NCBI GenBank assembly: GCA_002269645.1
Contig: NIVC01001512.1
Location: forward strand, 124,001-188,000
Source of the DNA: Macrostomum lignano
Taxonomy: Eukaryota
DNA: 64,000 bases
Direction: 5' to 3'
Position numbers and translations under genes: made by a program. The notes beneath the pieces are model-generated. The model did no database searches. It saw only the letters and a list, made by a program, of their open reading frames with translations, and was not told the DNA's origin. Below, in pieces: positions 1-10,710 of the stretch. Position 1 is the first letter of the stretch, and every line of letters starts with the position of its first letter.

Positions 1-663
1 CGCCAAGTTGGCAAGAAAATGCAAATGGAGCCGCTCCGGATTGATCACCGGCAGCAGCTGATTAGCATAGATTTCCTCGGCTATCGCTGTTGATATTGAA
101 AAACTGCACCACTTAGCAGCGCTGCTAGACCGGCAGGATTCAGAGTAAATGCACTCTCTTAAAGTACTTTTAGCTACACAGATTTCCTATCGGAACACAC
201 GAATATCCCAGCCTCCTACTCAGGCCCTGATCAGCTTTCACCGCCTCATCCAGGTACGACAAGAAGAAGAAATAGAGGACTCGGCCTGCTGGCAACCAGA
301 GCAAAAACTGACTGTTATTCCACAATCGAAAAATGGAAGATTATTGCAGATCTGCCTGGGGTGAAGAGTTGCTAAGCCCTACTCACCTAGAACCCTCGGA
401 GCTGGGGCTAGCATAAATCACCTAGTCAACCAATTCCCAACCATGCTATCTGTAATTTATGCTCGTGCATTTGCCTGACAGGGCGGGCAATATTTTTGTC
501 GCGCAGAAAATTGTCGGCAATTTCTGCTGCTCAAAGGCACGTGCGTCCGCGCGTGTTTTCTGGCGGCATCGGACCAAAGGTTTACGGAGGGAAGTTGTTC
601 CAGAATACTGTAGTGCAAAGTCATGTACGGCTGGTGTTAAATTTATGGCAAATTCCCGATTAG

Positions 664-1116
664 GGAGATAGGGGAGATAGGGGAGATGGGGAGATGGGGT
701 AGATGGAGGAGATAGGTAAGATGGGGAAGATGGAGATGGGGGGATAGGGGAGATAAGAGATAGGGGAGATGGAGTAGATAGGGGAGATAAGGGAGATAAG
801 GAGATAGAGGAGATAGGGGAGATAACGGAGATAAGGGAGATAGATGAGATAGGGGAGATGGAGTAGATACGGGAGATAAGGGAGATAAGGAGATAGAGGA
901 GATAGGGGAGATAACGGAGATAAGGGAGATAGATGAGATAGGGGAGATGGAGTAGATACGGGAGATAAGGGAGATAAGGAGATAGAGGAGATAGGGGAGA
1001 TAACGGAGATAAGGGAGATAGGGGAGATAGGGGAGATAGGGGAGATGGATGAGATGGATGAGATAGAGGAGATAGGGAAGATGGGGAAGATAGGATATAT
1101 GGGGGAGATAGGGGAG
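664..1116. repeat. Purine-rich degenerate minisatellite ((GG)GGAGATAG-type units with a ~100-bp higher-order repeat)
   Basis: Directly visible reiteration of ggagatag/ggagataa; the overlapping Pro/Leu/Ser/Tyr/Ile low-complexity ORFs on the minus strand are by-products. Confidence 0.9.
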
Positions 1117-1698
1117 CAAAATAAATCTTCCATGACTTGTTAAAAGTACTTAATCGACTTGCCTCGATATTAAAGCTGATTAACCAAGCCATAAATAAGA
1201 AAAGCTTTTTTTTAAATAAAGTATACTAGTAAGTCTTTTTTCCAGTAGCCGAAAAACCTACCTTTTGCCATTTCTTACTTGGTTGCTTCTGACTTGGTGC
1301 TTGTGGAAAAAAACCGAATTGAATTATTCCGCTTCGCACTGTTTACTCTTCTACGGAATTTCCACATCTGTGCAGCCGCGATTCCCTCCCTAACTTAGCC
1401 GGGCTCAGGTGAACAACACTTTTAATCTGCCGCCGTCACTCTTGCGCCAGATTGCCAGGCCTATTGATGATGATAAGCCCGACCGAACTTTTAAGACGGG
1501 TTTCTTTTATCGTTAGAGGGCCTATAAGAAGTCCTGACGCCTAGCCCATGGGTTATACAGTTGCTAGATATATGAATATTTAGCTTTGTGGGCGAAACGT
1601 GCTCCGACCATCTTCTGCGGCTGGATTATGACCTGCAGAGTTCGTTGGTGCAGCTGTTTTTAGCTCAGCGCCATGTGGGGTCTACGAAGCTTGCTAGT

Positions 1699-2340
1699 TA
1701 GATTTGTTGCTATCCGAATGTGTTGCTATCTGGATTTGTTGCTATCCGGATGTGTTGCTATCCGGATGTGTTGCTATCCGGATGTGTTGCTATCCGGATG
1801 TGTTGCTATCCGGATGTGTTTCTATCCGGATGTGTTGCTATCCGGATGTGTTGCTATCCGGATGTGTTGCTATCCGGATGTGTTGCTATCTGGATTTGTT
1901 GCTATCTGGATTTGTTGCTATCCGGATGTGTTGCTATCCGGATGTGTTGCTATCTGGATTTGTTGCTATCTGGATTTGTTGCTATCCGGATGTGTTGCTA
2001 TCCGGATGTGTTGCTATCTGGATTTGTTGCTATCTGGATTTGTTGCTATCCGGATGTGTTGCTATCCGGATGTGTTGCTATTCGGATGTGTTGCTATCTG
2101 GATTTGTTGCTATCCGGATGTGTTGCTATCCGGATGTGTTGCTATCCGGATGTGTTGCTATTCGGATGTGTTGCTATCTGGATGTGTTGCTATCCGGATG
2201 TGTTGCTATCCGGATGTGTTGCTATCCGGATGTGTTGCTATCTGGATTTGTTGCTATCCGGATGTGTTGCTAGCCGGATGTCTTACCAGTAGGATGTGTT
2301 GCTAGCCAGATGTCTTACCAGTAGGATGTGTTGCTAGCTT
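1699..2340. repeat. 16-bp tandem repeat (GTTGCTATCCGGATGT), ~40 copies
   Basis: Unit directly visible; three overlapping repetitive ORFs are artefacts. Confidence 0.95.
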
Positions 2341-3108
2341 AGCCAATTCATCATCCCAATTTTGCACCGGACAGTGAGCAGGGTGTGCACTCGTATCGGG
2401 ATCCGAAAGCCACAGAAGACATCGGCAAGAAAAAGTGCACCTGATGCACAGAAGAAACAATTTTAGCTTACAAATCAATTATGGATGGAAGCAGAATGGG
2501 ACGCCAATACTCTTGCTAATAATTTTACTCCCCTGCAGCAATTAACCTCTGACTAGCAACTGCAAACGGAGTTTCTCAGCCAGGGCCTATTGCTCAGATT
2601 CTTCTAAGCAGGAGGAAGCTGGACCTGCTTGAATTTCTCACATCCCGATTTCCCTCTCGCGCCCGTTGGGTGCATTGTTGGCCGGGCCTGTCAGCGCCGC
2701 TTCCGGGCCCCAAGCCTCATCAAGCTAGGAAGCTGCAGTATATTCCCGCCGCAATACAGAGCGGGCCAATAAGAGCGGAAGCAGTTTCAGAGAAAGAGGT
2801 CAACACGAGGATGACTTGATGAAATTCTGAGCGAGGGTTCACGAGCATTCTATCTAATAGAAAAATTTCGAGTGGTCGTGAAGAATCTTTTTGAAAGTCT
2901 TTCATGAAGAAGTCCGAGTTTCCCAGACTTTGTGCTTGACTGGCCACCTTTAATTCTCAGGAAGTTACAAGATCGTATTTAGCTTCGATGCAAAGTTCAT
3001 ATCAAAAACCAATTAAATTCATAACTATATGATGCTGCCGGTGCCGCGCCGTTAACTGAATTTCGGTTTACTTTAACTATTTTTTCCACACCATCTACAA
3101 TGTAAAAG

Positions 3109-3377
3109 ATCCTGAGGTCCAAGCAACTCAATTCTCGAGATCTAAGCTATCCGATTCCTTACATCCAAGCCCCACAAATCCTGAGATCTAAGCCCCTCAA
3201 ATCCTGAGGTCTAAGCCCCACAAATCCTGAGATCTAAGCTACCCGATTCCTGAGATCCAAGTCCCACAAATCCTGAGATCTAAGCTCCCCAATTCTCGAG
3301 GTCTACGCCCCTCAAATCCTGAGGTCTAAGCTACCCTCTTCACGAGATCTAAGGTAGCAAGTTTCCAAGGTCTAACA
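3109..3377. repeat. Degenerate ~23-bp tandem repeat (AAATCCTGAGATCTAAGCCCCAC)
   Basis: About 11 imperfect copies visible. Confidence 0.8.
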
Positions 3378-3597
3378 TACCATAACATTTTAAAGAGTTC
3401 ATAGGCTTTAGCACTCATGCGTTAACTAAATGCAGTAAAGTGGAGAAGTTTGCTCACCATGCCGAAGACTCTCGAGCAGCACCTCGATTTTGAGTCGGTC
3501 AGTAGAAATTCGAACCAAAACTGATGTTTGCAAGAAGCCAGAAGCCTGCAGACCGGTGGCCATATACCGTATAAGGTTTAGCTACATGTCTGCTCAC

Positions 3598-3620
3598 CAG
3601 CAGCGCAGCTCTACCGCCAT
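3598..3620 (-). CDS. Possible first coding exon (MAVELRC) of an unidentified minus-strand gene running toward the window start
   Basis: gaagaaATGGCG start context, GTGAGC donor after 23 nt, CCAAT boxes just upstream. Downstream exons not established. Confidence 0.3.
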
Positions 3621-3649
3621 TTCTTCGTGGCAGAATTATCGCTGCACCG

Positions 3650-3700
3650 AGTTCTGATTGGTTGTACGAGTTTCAGGTCACGAGTAAAGCGTAGCCAATG
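3650..3700. promoter_or_regulatory. Two CCAAT boxes upstream of the putative 3620 start
   Basis: AACCAATCAG on the minus strand (~3654-3663) and AGCCAATGG on the plus strand (~3692-3700). Confidence 0.3.
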
Positions 3701-4092
3701 GTAGTACTCTTATAGATTACTAAACCCCCCTTATAAATTATAATCGAGATCAGTCTTAAAAGAGTTCAAATATGATACTATAAGTACCACCATCGATTGG
3801 ACATAAAAACCAAGAGCAACTTAATTTCAAGAGGGGGTTCTTTCTTAGAGAAGCTTTGAAGACTAGCTGGCATTTTTACTCGTCTGAAAAATTTCTACAT
3901 TAAAAATTGATAGAATTACTTTCAGTAGCAGTAGAAGCGTTCGTAGATGATAATCTAAGCTTTTTTATAACCTAGAAATGCGGGTCTAATTATACATATA
4001 CTTACTCTTAGATGAGCTATTTTGTGTGTAATCTACTCTCCAATTTGAGTAGAAGGTTAAACAGATAACCTTTTGTGCTAATTTTACACAGT

Positions 4093-4523
4093 TCGGAAGC
4101 ATCCAAAATAGACAGACCGTTTGTGTCAGGTGACAAACAGAGCAGACTATAGAGATTCACTGCACGTTTCACTGGTGGCCTACCATTCTAATTTGGACCA
4201 CAGATGTTAAAACAACTACATGGGCTACTTGGTCACATACTCGTATAATTGGTGAAACAGCGAGGTGGAATGCATGAGGCTTGGCGGGCCGCATGCGGCC
4301 GGAGTTTGCCGGCTCCTGCCCTAGCATTCTACATTGCTGTTGCACTAAGCACACCTGTATATGTCCAAGTAGCCCATCTATAGCCTTTTTTAGCATCTGT
4401 AGTAAAATTAGAATTGAAGGCCACGAGTGAAGCGTGCAGTGAATCTCTAGTCTGTTAGAGGTCAGGGAGTGTCTACTCTTAGTCACCTGACACAAACCGT
4501 CTGTCTATTTTGGATGCTTCCGA
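4093..4523. mobile_element. Foldback/MITE-like element with ~150-bp imperfect inverted repeats
   Basis: 4093-4240 is the reverse complement of 4357-4523 (TCGGAAGCATCCAAAATAGACAGACCGTTTGTGTCAGGTGAC...); ~115-bp spacer; no clear TSD. Confidence 0.75.
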
Positions 4524-6404
4524 GCCAAGCTAAGATTTCCACAGACGATAAACACACCATCCTGAATCACTAAGCGTATTCCTATATTCATACAGGCTTA
4601 AATCAAGGGCCACTCAAGTAGGACGGGATACGACGCTTCTTGAAAAATTTCAGGAGACAGGTTAGTAAACAGAATCATAATTTTCTGAACGAAAAGATCT
4701 ATAAATATCAATGGAGCTATAAGAAAGGCAAGACATACCAAAAGATTAACACTGTGTCTGCCTCCTATCGAAAGCAATAACAATTTTTGTGCTGAAAAAA
4801 TGAAAACTGCCTATCTCCGTAGTGTATTATTCGGAAAACTGCCACCCAAATTTTTTTCCAAGAAACGCCTAGTTGCCAGCTCTTCTACTTGAGGGTAGTC
4901 CTTGGCTGAAACGTCACCCTTAAGTTTTAAACGAATTTAAATTTAGATCGCTACTGGTATAGGAAGTACATGTCAAGTACTCGAAACTACCCCACTTACT
5001 CAACGAATCAAGTACAATAGAACGAGATTTCAAGCGCAAAGTATTGTTGTTGCTGTATAGCTAGCACTGTCACGTGCTATCACGTGGTTGGATACAACAT
5101 ACCCTTGCGCAGATACTGCATATTACTGCATATCTATGCAAGCTGCAGCTATATCTTAAAGCCAGTGTAGCAAGCAAAAGGAGAAATTGTTTGTCAAAAA
5201 CTATTGTAGAAAGCAGCGAACATGAGCAACTCAGTGCTGTCAAATCTGCCGCAAAGCCTCTCCGCCGTGGTGTCTCGGAGCATCGGCAGCTCACTGAACA
5301 CGGCGTGGCATCGACTCGAGCTCTGTCGCATTGGCGGCGTCGGGCCCAGCCGCGAAGCCAAAGACGTCGCGATTCTGGCGACGTGTTTCCAGAGGCCGGC
5401 GTTTCCAGAGCTGCACGGAGTCTGGCAGCTGCTCAACGGCCAGCTGCAGTTGCGACTCAAGCTGCGCTGGACCCGGATGAAGCGGCCGTCCAGCTGCCAG
5501 AGGCTGGTTACTCAAAAAGCTGAGAAAAAACATATTGAACTGAATAGGCCGAGATCTTTTTCAGCGATTCATTGAAATATCCATACAACTGTCCATATCC
5601 TGTTATCATCCGTTGCGTTTTTAAAATGATTGATTGTAAATAAACAAACGTTTACGTTTTTGCATTACATGTATCTTCCGCATGAAATTAAAACAAATTC
5701 AAACTGAAAAGCTTATTTATTAGAGTTTATTATAGTCAAATGAAGTCCTCCATGTACGAGTAACTACAGCGTTTAGATGAATTCAGTAGCGTGATACGCA
5801 TTATGCTATATACACTTATTTGCACTCAGAATTACGTGACCCGAATGGATTTTGAATGCAAACTGATAAGCATTGACAACAGTTTCGTACTTAATAGGGA
5901 CGAGCCGCAGGTAGGTTGAGTGAAAATATTAACTTATAGAATACTCAATTGAAATTAAATAGCTGATATGTTGACGGTAAAATGAACAGGAACAGGCATA
6001 TTGCAGAATGTCAGCTGACTAAGTCGGGGTAAATTTGTATAGCGGCTGGTCAAAAAGGCGACGAAAACACACCCAAAATACGCTTTTAAGGCCATAATGA
6101 CGGACGCCTGGTATAGCGTACTTGTATGTACAGCTGGCCTGAATGTACAGTTTGTACAGAGAGTTAATGAATTACTCAAACGGTATGACCAAAAGGGTTT
6201 ATTCTAAAGTCTGAACGAGATTTTTAAAGCCAGACCTAAATGGTTGGTAGAGAAAGACAACACGTGATTAAAGTACACTCCTACGATTAATGAATAAACA
6301 TTGAGGGTTTGAGGGTTTCCAAGGTTCAAAGGTCATCGAAGTTCGGAGATCGCACCAGATGTCCCATTTCTAGGAACGCAGCAGATCAGTTCTCCGTTTT
6401 GGTG

Positions 6405-6824
6405 TCACGCCGTCGGTCTCGAAGACTGCCGATGCCTACGTCGGCTCTTGGCCATGTAGTGCAGAATCTGCCGAGCCAGACTTTTCTTAGTCTGACCCTC
6501 CGGCGGCTGGTCGAAGCCGCTGTCGTTGGACAGCATCCAGCTCACTTCCTCGTCGGGCAGGACGCTGGCCGGATTCGTGACGGCGCACTGGTCTGCACCG
6601 CCGCTCCCGACCCTGTCGTCGACTTCGCTGCCGTGTCCCAAATCTGTTGATGAAGTCAACGAAGACGATGCGCTGTCATCGATTCCCTCGTCTACGATTG
6701 TCGTCTCTGTTAAACCAGCCGAGTTTGATGCCATGAATATTCCGATGATCTTGGACGCAACGGCAGAGCTTGCAGATAGAGTTGTGCTTTCCGAATGACG
6801 ACTAGATAGAAAAACTTGTGACAT
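6405..6824 (-). CDS. Orphan Ser/acidic-rich small protein A1 (139 aa, or 109 aa from the ATG at 6734, MASNSAG...); paralogue of 8273-8704
   Basis: Shares SLTSSxDLGHGxEVxD, NPASxL, SNDSGF and a C-terminal basic amphipathic helix with the 8273-8704 ORF; GC-rich island in AT-rich flanks. Confidence 0.6.
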   Translation of the reverse strand: MSQVFLSSRHSESTTLSASSAVASKIIGIFMASNSAGLTETTIVDEGIDDSASSSLTSSTDLGHGSEVDDRVGSGGADQCAVTNPASVLPDEEVSWMLSNDSGFDQPPEGQTKKSLARQILHYMAKSRRRHRQSSRPTA

Positions 6825-7209
6825 CCATTTTGCTTCAATGTATGTATAAAACTCAGAACCAAATAGTAGGTAGTACTAAAATAGATTTCTGTATAACGCT
6901 CAATGGGGTGTGCATATGTCGTACATTACCCCCTGTTTGTAGCTCCACTCTGTATCTAGCGGCCAACCCGTTGGCTAACAACGGGTACGTACGAAATTCT
7001 TTTCAAGGTCAGACAGTCCACCCACGTATTGTATATAAACAAATTTAGTAAATTTACATTCAGTCAGCGCGTGACTAGACTATTTTTGAATTATGTACGA
7101 ATAACAATGGAGAGAAATGAAGAAAATGGGTCAGCTGACAGCTTCGTGGAATAACGAGCCCCGCTTATTATAAAAAAACATTAATTCCGGGGGAAAATCC
7201 GAAAGCAAG

Positions 7210-7406
7210 TACATTCTCTTATTTCATCTCCCCTCTCCTCTCCTCTCCTATTCGATCTCTCCTCTCATCTCATCTCATTCCTTTGCCTCTCCTTTCTCCT
7301 ATTTCTCTTCCTCCATTCTCTCTCCTCTCTCTCCCCTCCTCTGACCCGCAGTCATGCGCTGTGTTCTCCATCTGGCCCTGGAGGTGAAAAGTTTGCCGAC
7401 CTCCTG
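7210..7406 (-). mobile_element. Partial hAT (Charlie-like) MITE, same family as the 18678, 27067, 50312 and 63630 copies
   Basis: Minus-strand end CAGGAGGTCGGCAAAC followed by GGCCAGATGGAGAAC...GCATGACTGCGGG and a GA-rich tract, as in the 50312 copy. Confidence 0.65.
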
Positions 7407-7489
7407 GCTTTGGTAAACAGGGCAATAAAAATGTGCCGAGCAGAGAAAAAAGCAGAAACCATTAAATTTCCACGATCTTTTTCAGAAAT

Positions 7490-7697
7490 ATTTCAGGATG
7501 TGTTGCTGCCTTCCCTCTCTAATCGTCCGGCATGTACACTCTCTGTGCCGTGTTGGTTCGCCGTCATGGGAGTGAATCGCACAACAATCTCCCATTTAAT
7601 TTTCGCTTACAAGCCCAAAGTAACTGTGGCCTGCGCACGGATTCGAACCAGGGGTTTTGACGCGAGGGCCAGATCGCTTACCGTTGAAGCTACTCCC
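7490..7697 (-). mobile_element. tRNA-derived SINE
   Basis: A box TAGCTTCAACGG and B box GGTTCGAATCC 43 nt apart; no acceptor stem; body motif GTGTACATGCC..ACGAT shared with the 56325-56650 and ~63900 copies. Confidence 0.65.
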
Positions 7698-8272
7698 TCA
7701 ATATTGCCAGTAAATTAGACATATTCTATTCTGGCTACTAGCAGTAGTCGTTGAGGCAGTTGTCTTCCTATACGAGAAACGTGTATATTTAGAACAATAG
7801 ACTACCTTCAGGAATATGAATGTAACACTAGTAAAAATCATGTGATCATGGCAGCCAGTGATGCCACTAGTGATGAAGCACGGCCTCCAGGTTTAGAGAG
7901 CATAATGATCCCGTTTGATAACTCAAGAAAATATCGATTTTGAATCTACCTACCTGTCTTCTATTTAATCAATAAAAAACGTATAGTCGAAACGTAAAAC
8001 CAATATAGTGAGAGGTGTACTCAGAAACATCAAAAAGTCGCCATCACAGAAGATTCCGTCTGTGGTCGCCACTTTTGAGAGTGCAGGTGAAGTCTCTCAA
8101 TCTTTGCGAGTGACGCAACTCAGTTTTCTCGTATTTTTTTCAGAATAGTCCAAGAGAAACTGCTCACTACGGCGCATAGAGTGGCGACTTTTAAATGTTG
8201 CTGACATGAGTACATGCAGTATAACTTATAGTCTCAGTTCGTATAAAACTAGATATGATGGACATTCGGAAA

Positions 8273-8704
8273 TCAATTAGGATTCAAAGCTCGCTGTTGC
8301 CGCCGGTCTCTGGCTATGTAGCGCACAACCTGATGGCCAAGATTTTTATTACGCTGCATCTCCTGTTGACCTGTAGAAGCTGCTTCAGAGTAGACAGCAG
8401 CGGCGGCGGCGGCGGCGGCGGCAGCGACGAGGGCCTCGTTATTTAGGCTGCCAAATCCGCTGTCGTTTGACTGCATCAAGCTTATTATAGATGAAGATTC
8501 AGACAGGATGCTGGCAGGGTTGATGACGCGATTTGCGTCGGTTCTTGAATCGTCTTCTACTTCGTTGCCGTGTCCTAGATCTGCCGATGAAGTCAAAGAT
8601 GTTGAGCCTCCTTCATCTTCTGAACCATTTCGATCGACGCCATTAGCGACGTTGGGATCGATATTGGTGCTTGATGGACGAAATTCATTAAGTTGAGAAG
8701 CCAC
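8273..8704 (-). CDS. Orphan Ser/acidic-rich small protein A2 (~143 aa ORF; begins at GTG, so the true start or an upstream exon is uncertain)
   Basis: Paralogue of 6405-6824 with conserved motifs in frame; contains DSGFGS and a poly-Ala tract. Confidence 0.5.
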   Translation of the reverse strand: MASQLNEFRPSSTNIDPNVANGVDRNGSEDEGGSTSLTSSADLGHGNEVEDDSRTDANRVINPASILSESSSIISLMQSNDSGFGSLNNEALVAAAAAAAAAAVYSEAASTGQQEMQRNKNLGHQVVRYIARDRRQQRALNPN

Positions 8705-9626
8705 CGTTAGTTTTTTTAGTTATTTAAACTAATATATCTTCAGGAGAAACGGCGATGGAGAAGAATGATGCAATAACGTCGGATACAGAGACACAAACCA
8801 GCTCTCCAGATAAGAATATACACTCCTGTATTCTTGCTGTTTCCAAACCGCGAAGTCTTTTCTCTGTTTATTTCTTTTCTGCCTTTCTTTTATTGCCATC
8901 ATCTTGTTAGAATTCAGGATAGTAGCTCGTACGAGTTATTTGTACTGAGAATTGCTGGCAATTTAATAGAGTTAAATGGTTGTTTCAAACGAACAGGAGT
9001 AGCAAAACTTTGCGTTTGTGTGTTACGAGCTCGTAACGTCCATTAAAAAAAGCTATTTCGAGTTCAAAAGATTTGTGCACGTTAAGACATATCGTAAGTA
9101 CAGTGTACACCATAACTTTCGAACAAGATCCGAGTATATCAGACAGTTAGCTCTTAATTTAGCCAGTTTTCAATCGATTAGCAATGCGCTTTTGCTCTCC
9201 TTGCGCTTTGCGCTTTTGGAAATTTCGCTCGATTACCCCTTAAAATTTTAGACGTTTTTTTAATTTATCGATATGCAACATCGTGTCAAGTACAGGCAGC
9301 TTGAAAGTTGAAGTAAATTAGCAGATTGAATAATAGCTATACAAGACTTCTAAAAAATCAATACGCCACTTTTGCACTTTGTAATTCGGGAAAGAATGTG
9401 AAGAAATAGTAGAATTACCTATAAACCAGGAGCTTCAGGCTCAGAATGGAACGAATTTTTCAAAACAACTACACGGTCAATTTCAGTCCTATTTGTGGGA
9501 TTTGCTCCGGTCTACCTCTATTCCAGGTATCAAGAAATGCCACATGGCCAGATCCACAGTGTCGATTGAACTAGCAATACATGTATAATAGTGTATGTTG
9601 TATTACTTGAATACGGTGCATCAACT

Positions 9627-9716
9627 GAATTTTAGGGAATGTGCAATTTAGGGAATGTGCAATTTAGGGAATGTGCAAGTTTGGGGAAATTGTGATTTAG
9701 GGAATGTGAAATTTAG
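9627..9716. repeat. 16-bp tandem repeat (TTTAGGGAATGTGCAA), ~5 copies
   Basis: Directly visible. Confidence 0.8.
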
Positions 9717-10515
9717 CTCCCTCACTTTCAAAAAACATCCGAAAATGCACGGCTGGAAATAAAACTCAGAGACTTTAAAGACATGCAAATCCATACACTT
9801 CTATAATAGAGAATCAGTATGAGAGATGCAGTTTCCCAAATACGCTGCTGTTAATAAAAAGATACAGCGATAGTTTGCTAAACCGACCCGGGCAAAATAA
9901 GCCCCCAAATTGAGAAGAGAAGAGGTAAAGTAAAAACAAGCCGAGAGAGAGACAGGGTAACCGGGAGGCGGGCCGCCAGCCGGGCAGGCAAAACGCGACA
10001 GAAAAGCAACTCCAAAACGCTGACAGGGGAGTAGCGAGAAAGGAAGCGAAGGAGGGAAAGGGAGTCAGAAAACGCGGAGGGGGGTTTACGCTAGCTCGTA
10101 CCAGGTTTAGAGAGGAATCGTTTTCAACGCTTAATCTTCATATTCTTCTAAGTAGGCAATGAAATAAACCCCGTGATACTATAGTCCTCAAGTTAGTGAC
10201 TTGGGAGTAGGGGGGGGGGTCGCAGGACAGACTTGATCTGGCTGCCTCTCTAACCCCAAAAGCATTAAAACAGCAACGGCCATGGAGGGGAATGGGGAAC
10301 GCTGGTGTCATTACGGCTAACAGGTTGGATGCTCGCACACATGTAAGTCGGCATTTATTGGCAGCTCTTCCAGCTCCCTCTGTTCTCTCTCTTCTGCTTG
10401 GTCAGCGGAAAGGGAGAGAATGGGAAAGAAAAGACGGAAGGATAGAAAAATATTTATATATACCTGAAATAGCTATAGCTGAAATAGAAGCCAATCGGAC
10501 AGAATACAAATAAAA

Positions 10516-10710
10516 ATGGCTGGTTACTTCGCTGCGGGTCCCAGCGTCGAAGTCGCGGACCTGAGCGCCACGCTGCCTGCTCTGGAGGTGGAACTTGAAC
10601 AACCCGGACCAGATCAGCGTCGGGCGCTGTTGGCTGGCAGCCACGGCGACATCGAGCTGGCAGGTTCACCTGAAGGAGAAGGCGGCAGCCATGGCCAGAG
10701 TGGCGCCTAA
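10516..10710 (+). CDS. Orphan micro-protein B1 (64 aa, MAGYFAAGPSVEVADLSATLPALE...)
   Basis: AAATAAAAATGG start context; aligns with 14272-14559 with frame-preserving indels and a homologous stop (GGCGCCTAA). Confidence 0.55.
   Translation: MAGYFAAGPSVEVADLSATLPALEVELEQPGPDQRRALLAGSHGDIELAGSPEGEGGSHGQSGA

Noticed and set aside
7625-7697. Functional tRNA genes at 7625-7697, 37104-37180, 47588-47668 and 56580-56650
   Set aside because: A/B boxes are present but the acceptor stems do not pair; treated as SINE heads or Pol III cassettes.
9627-9716. Interstitial telomeric repeat
   Set aside because: TTAGGG occurs only as part of a 16-bp unit, not as (TTAGGG)n.
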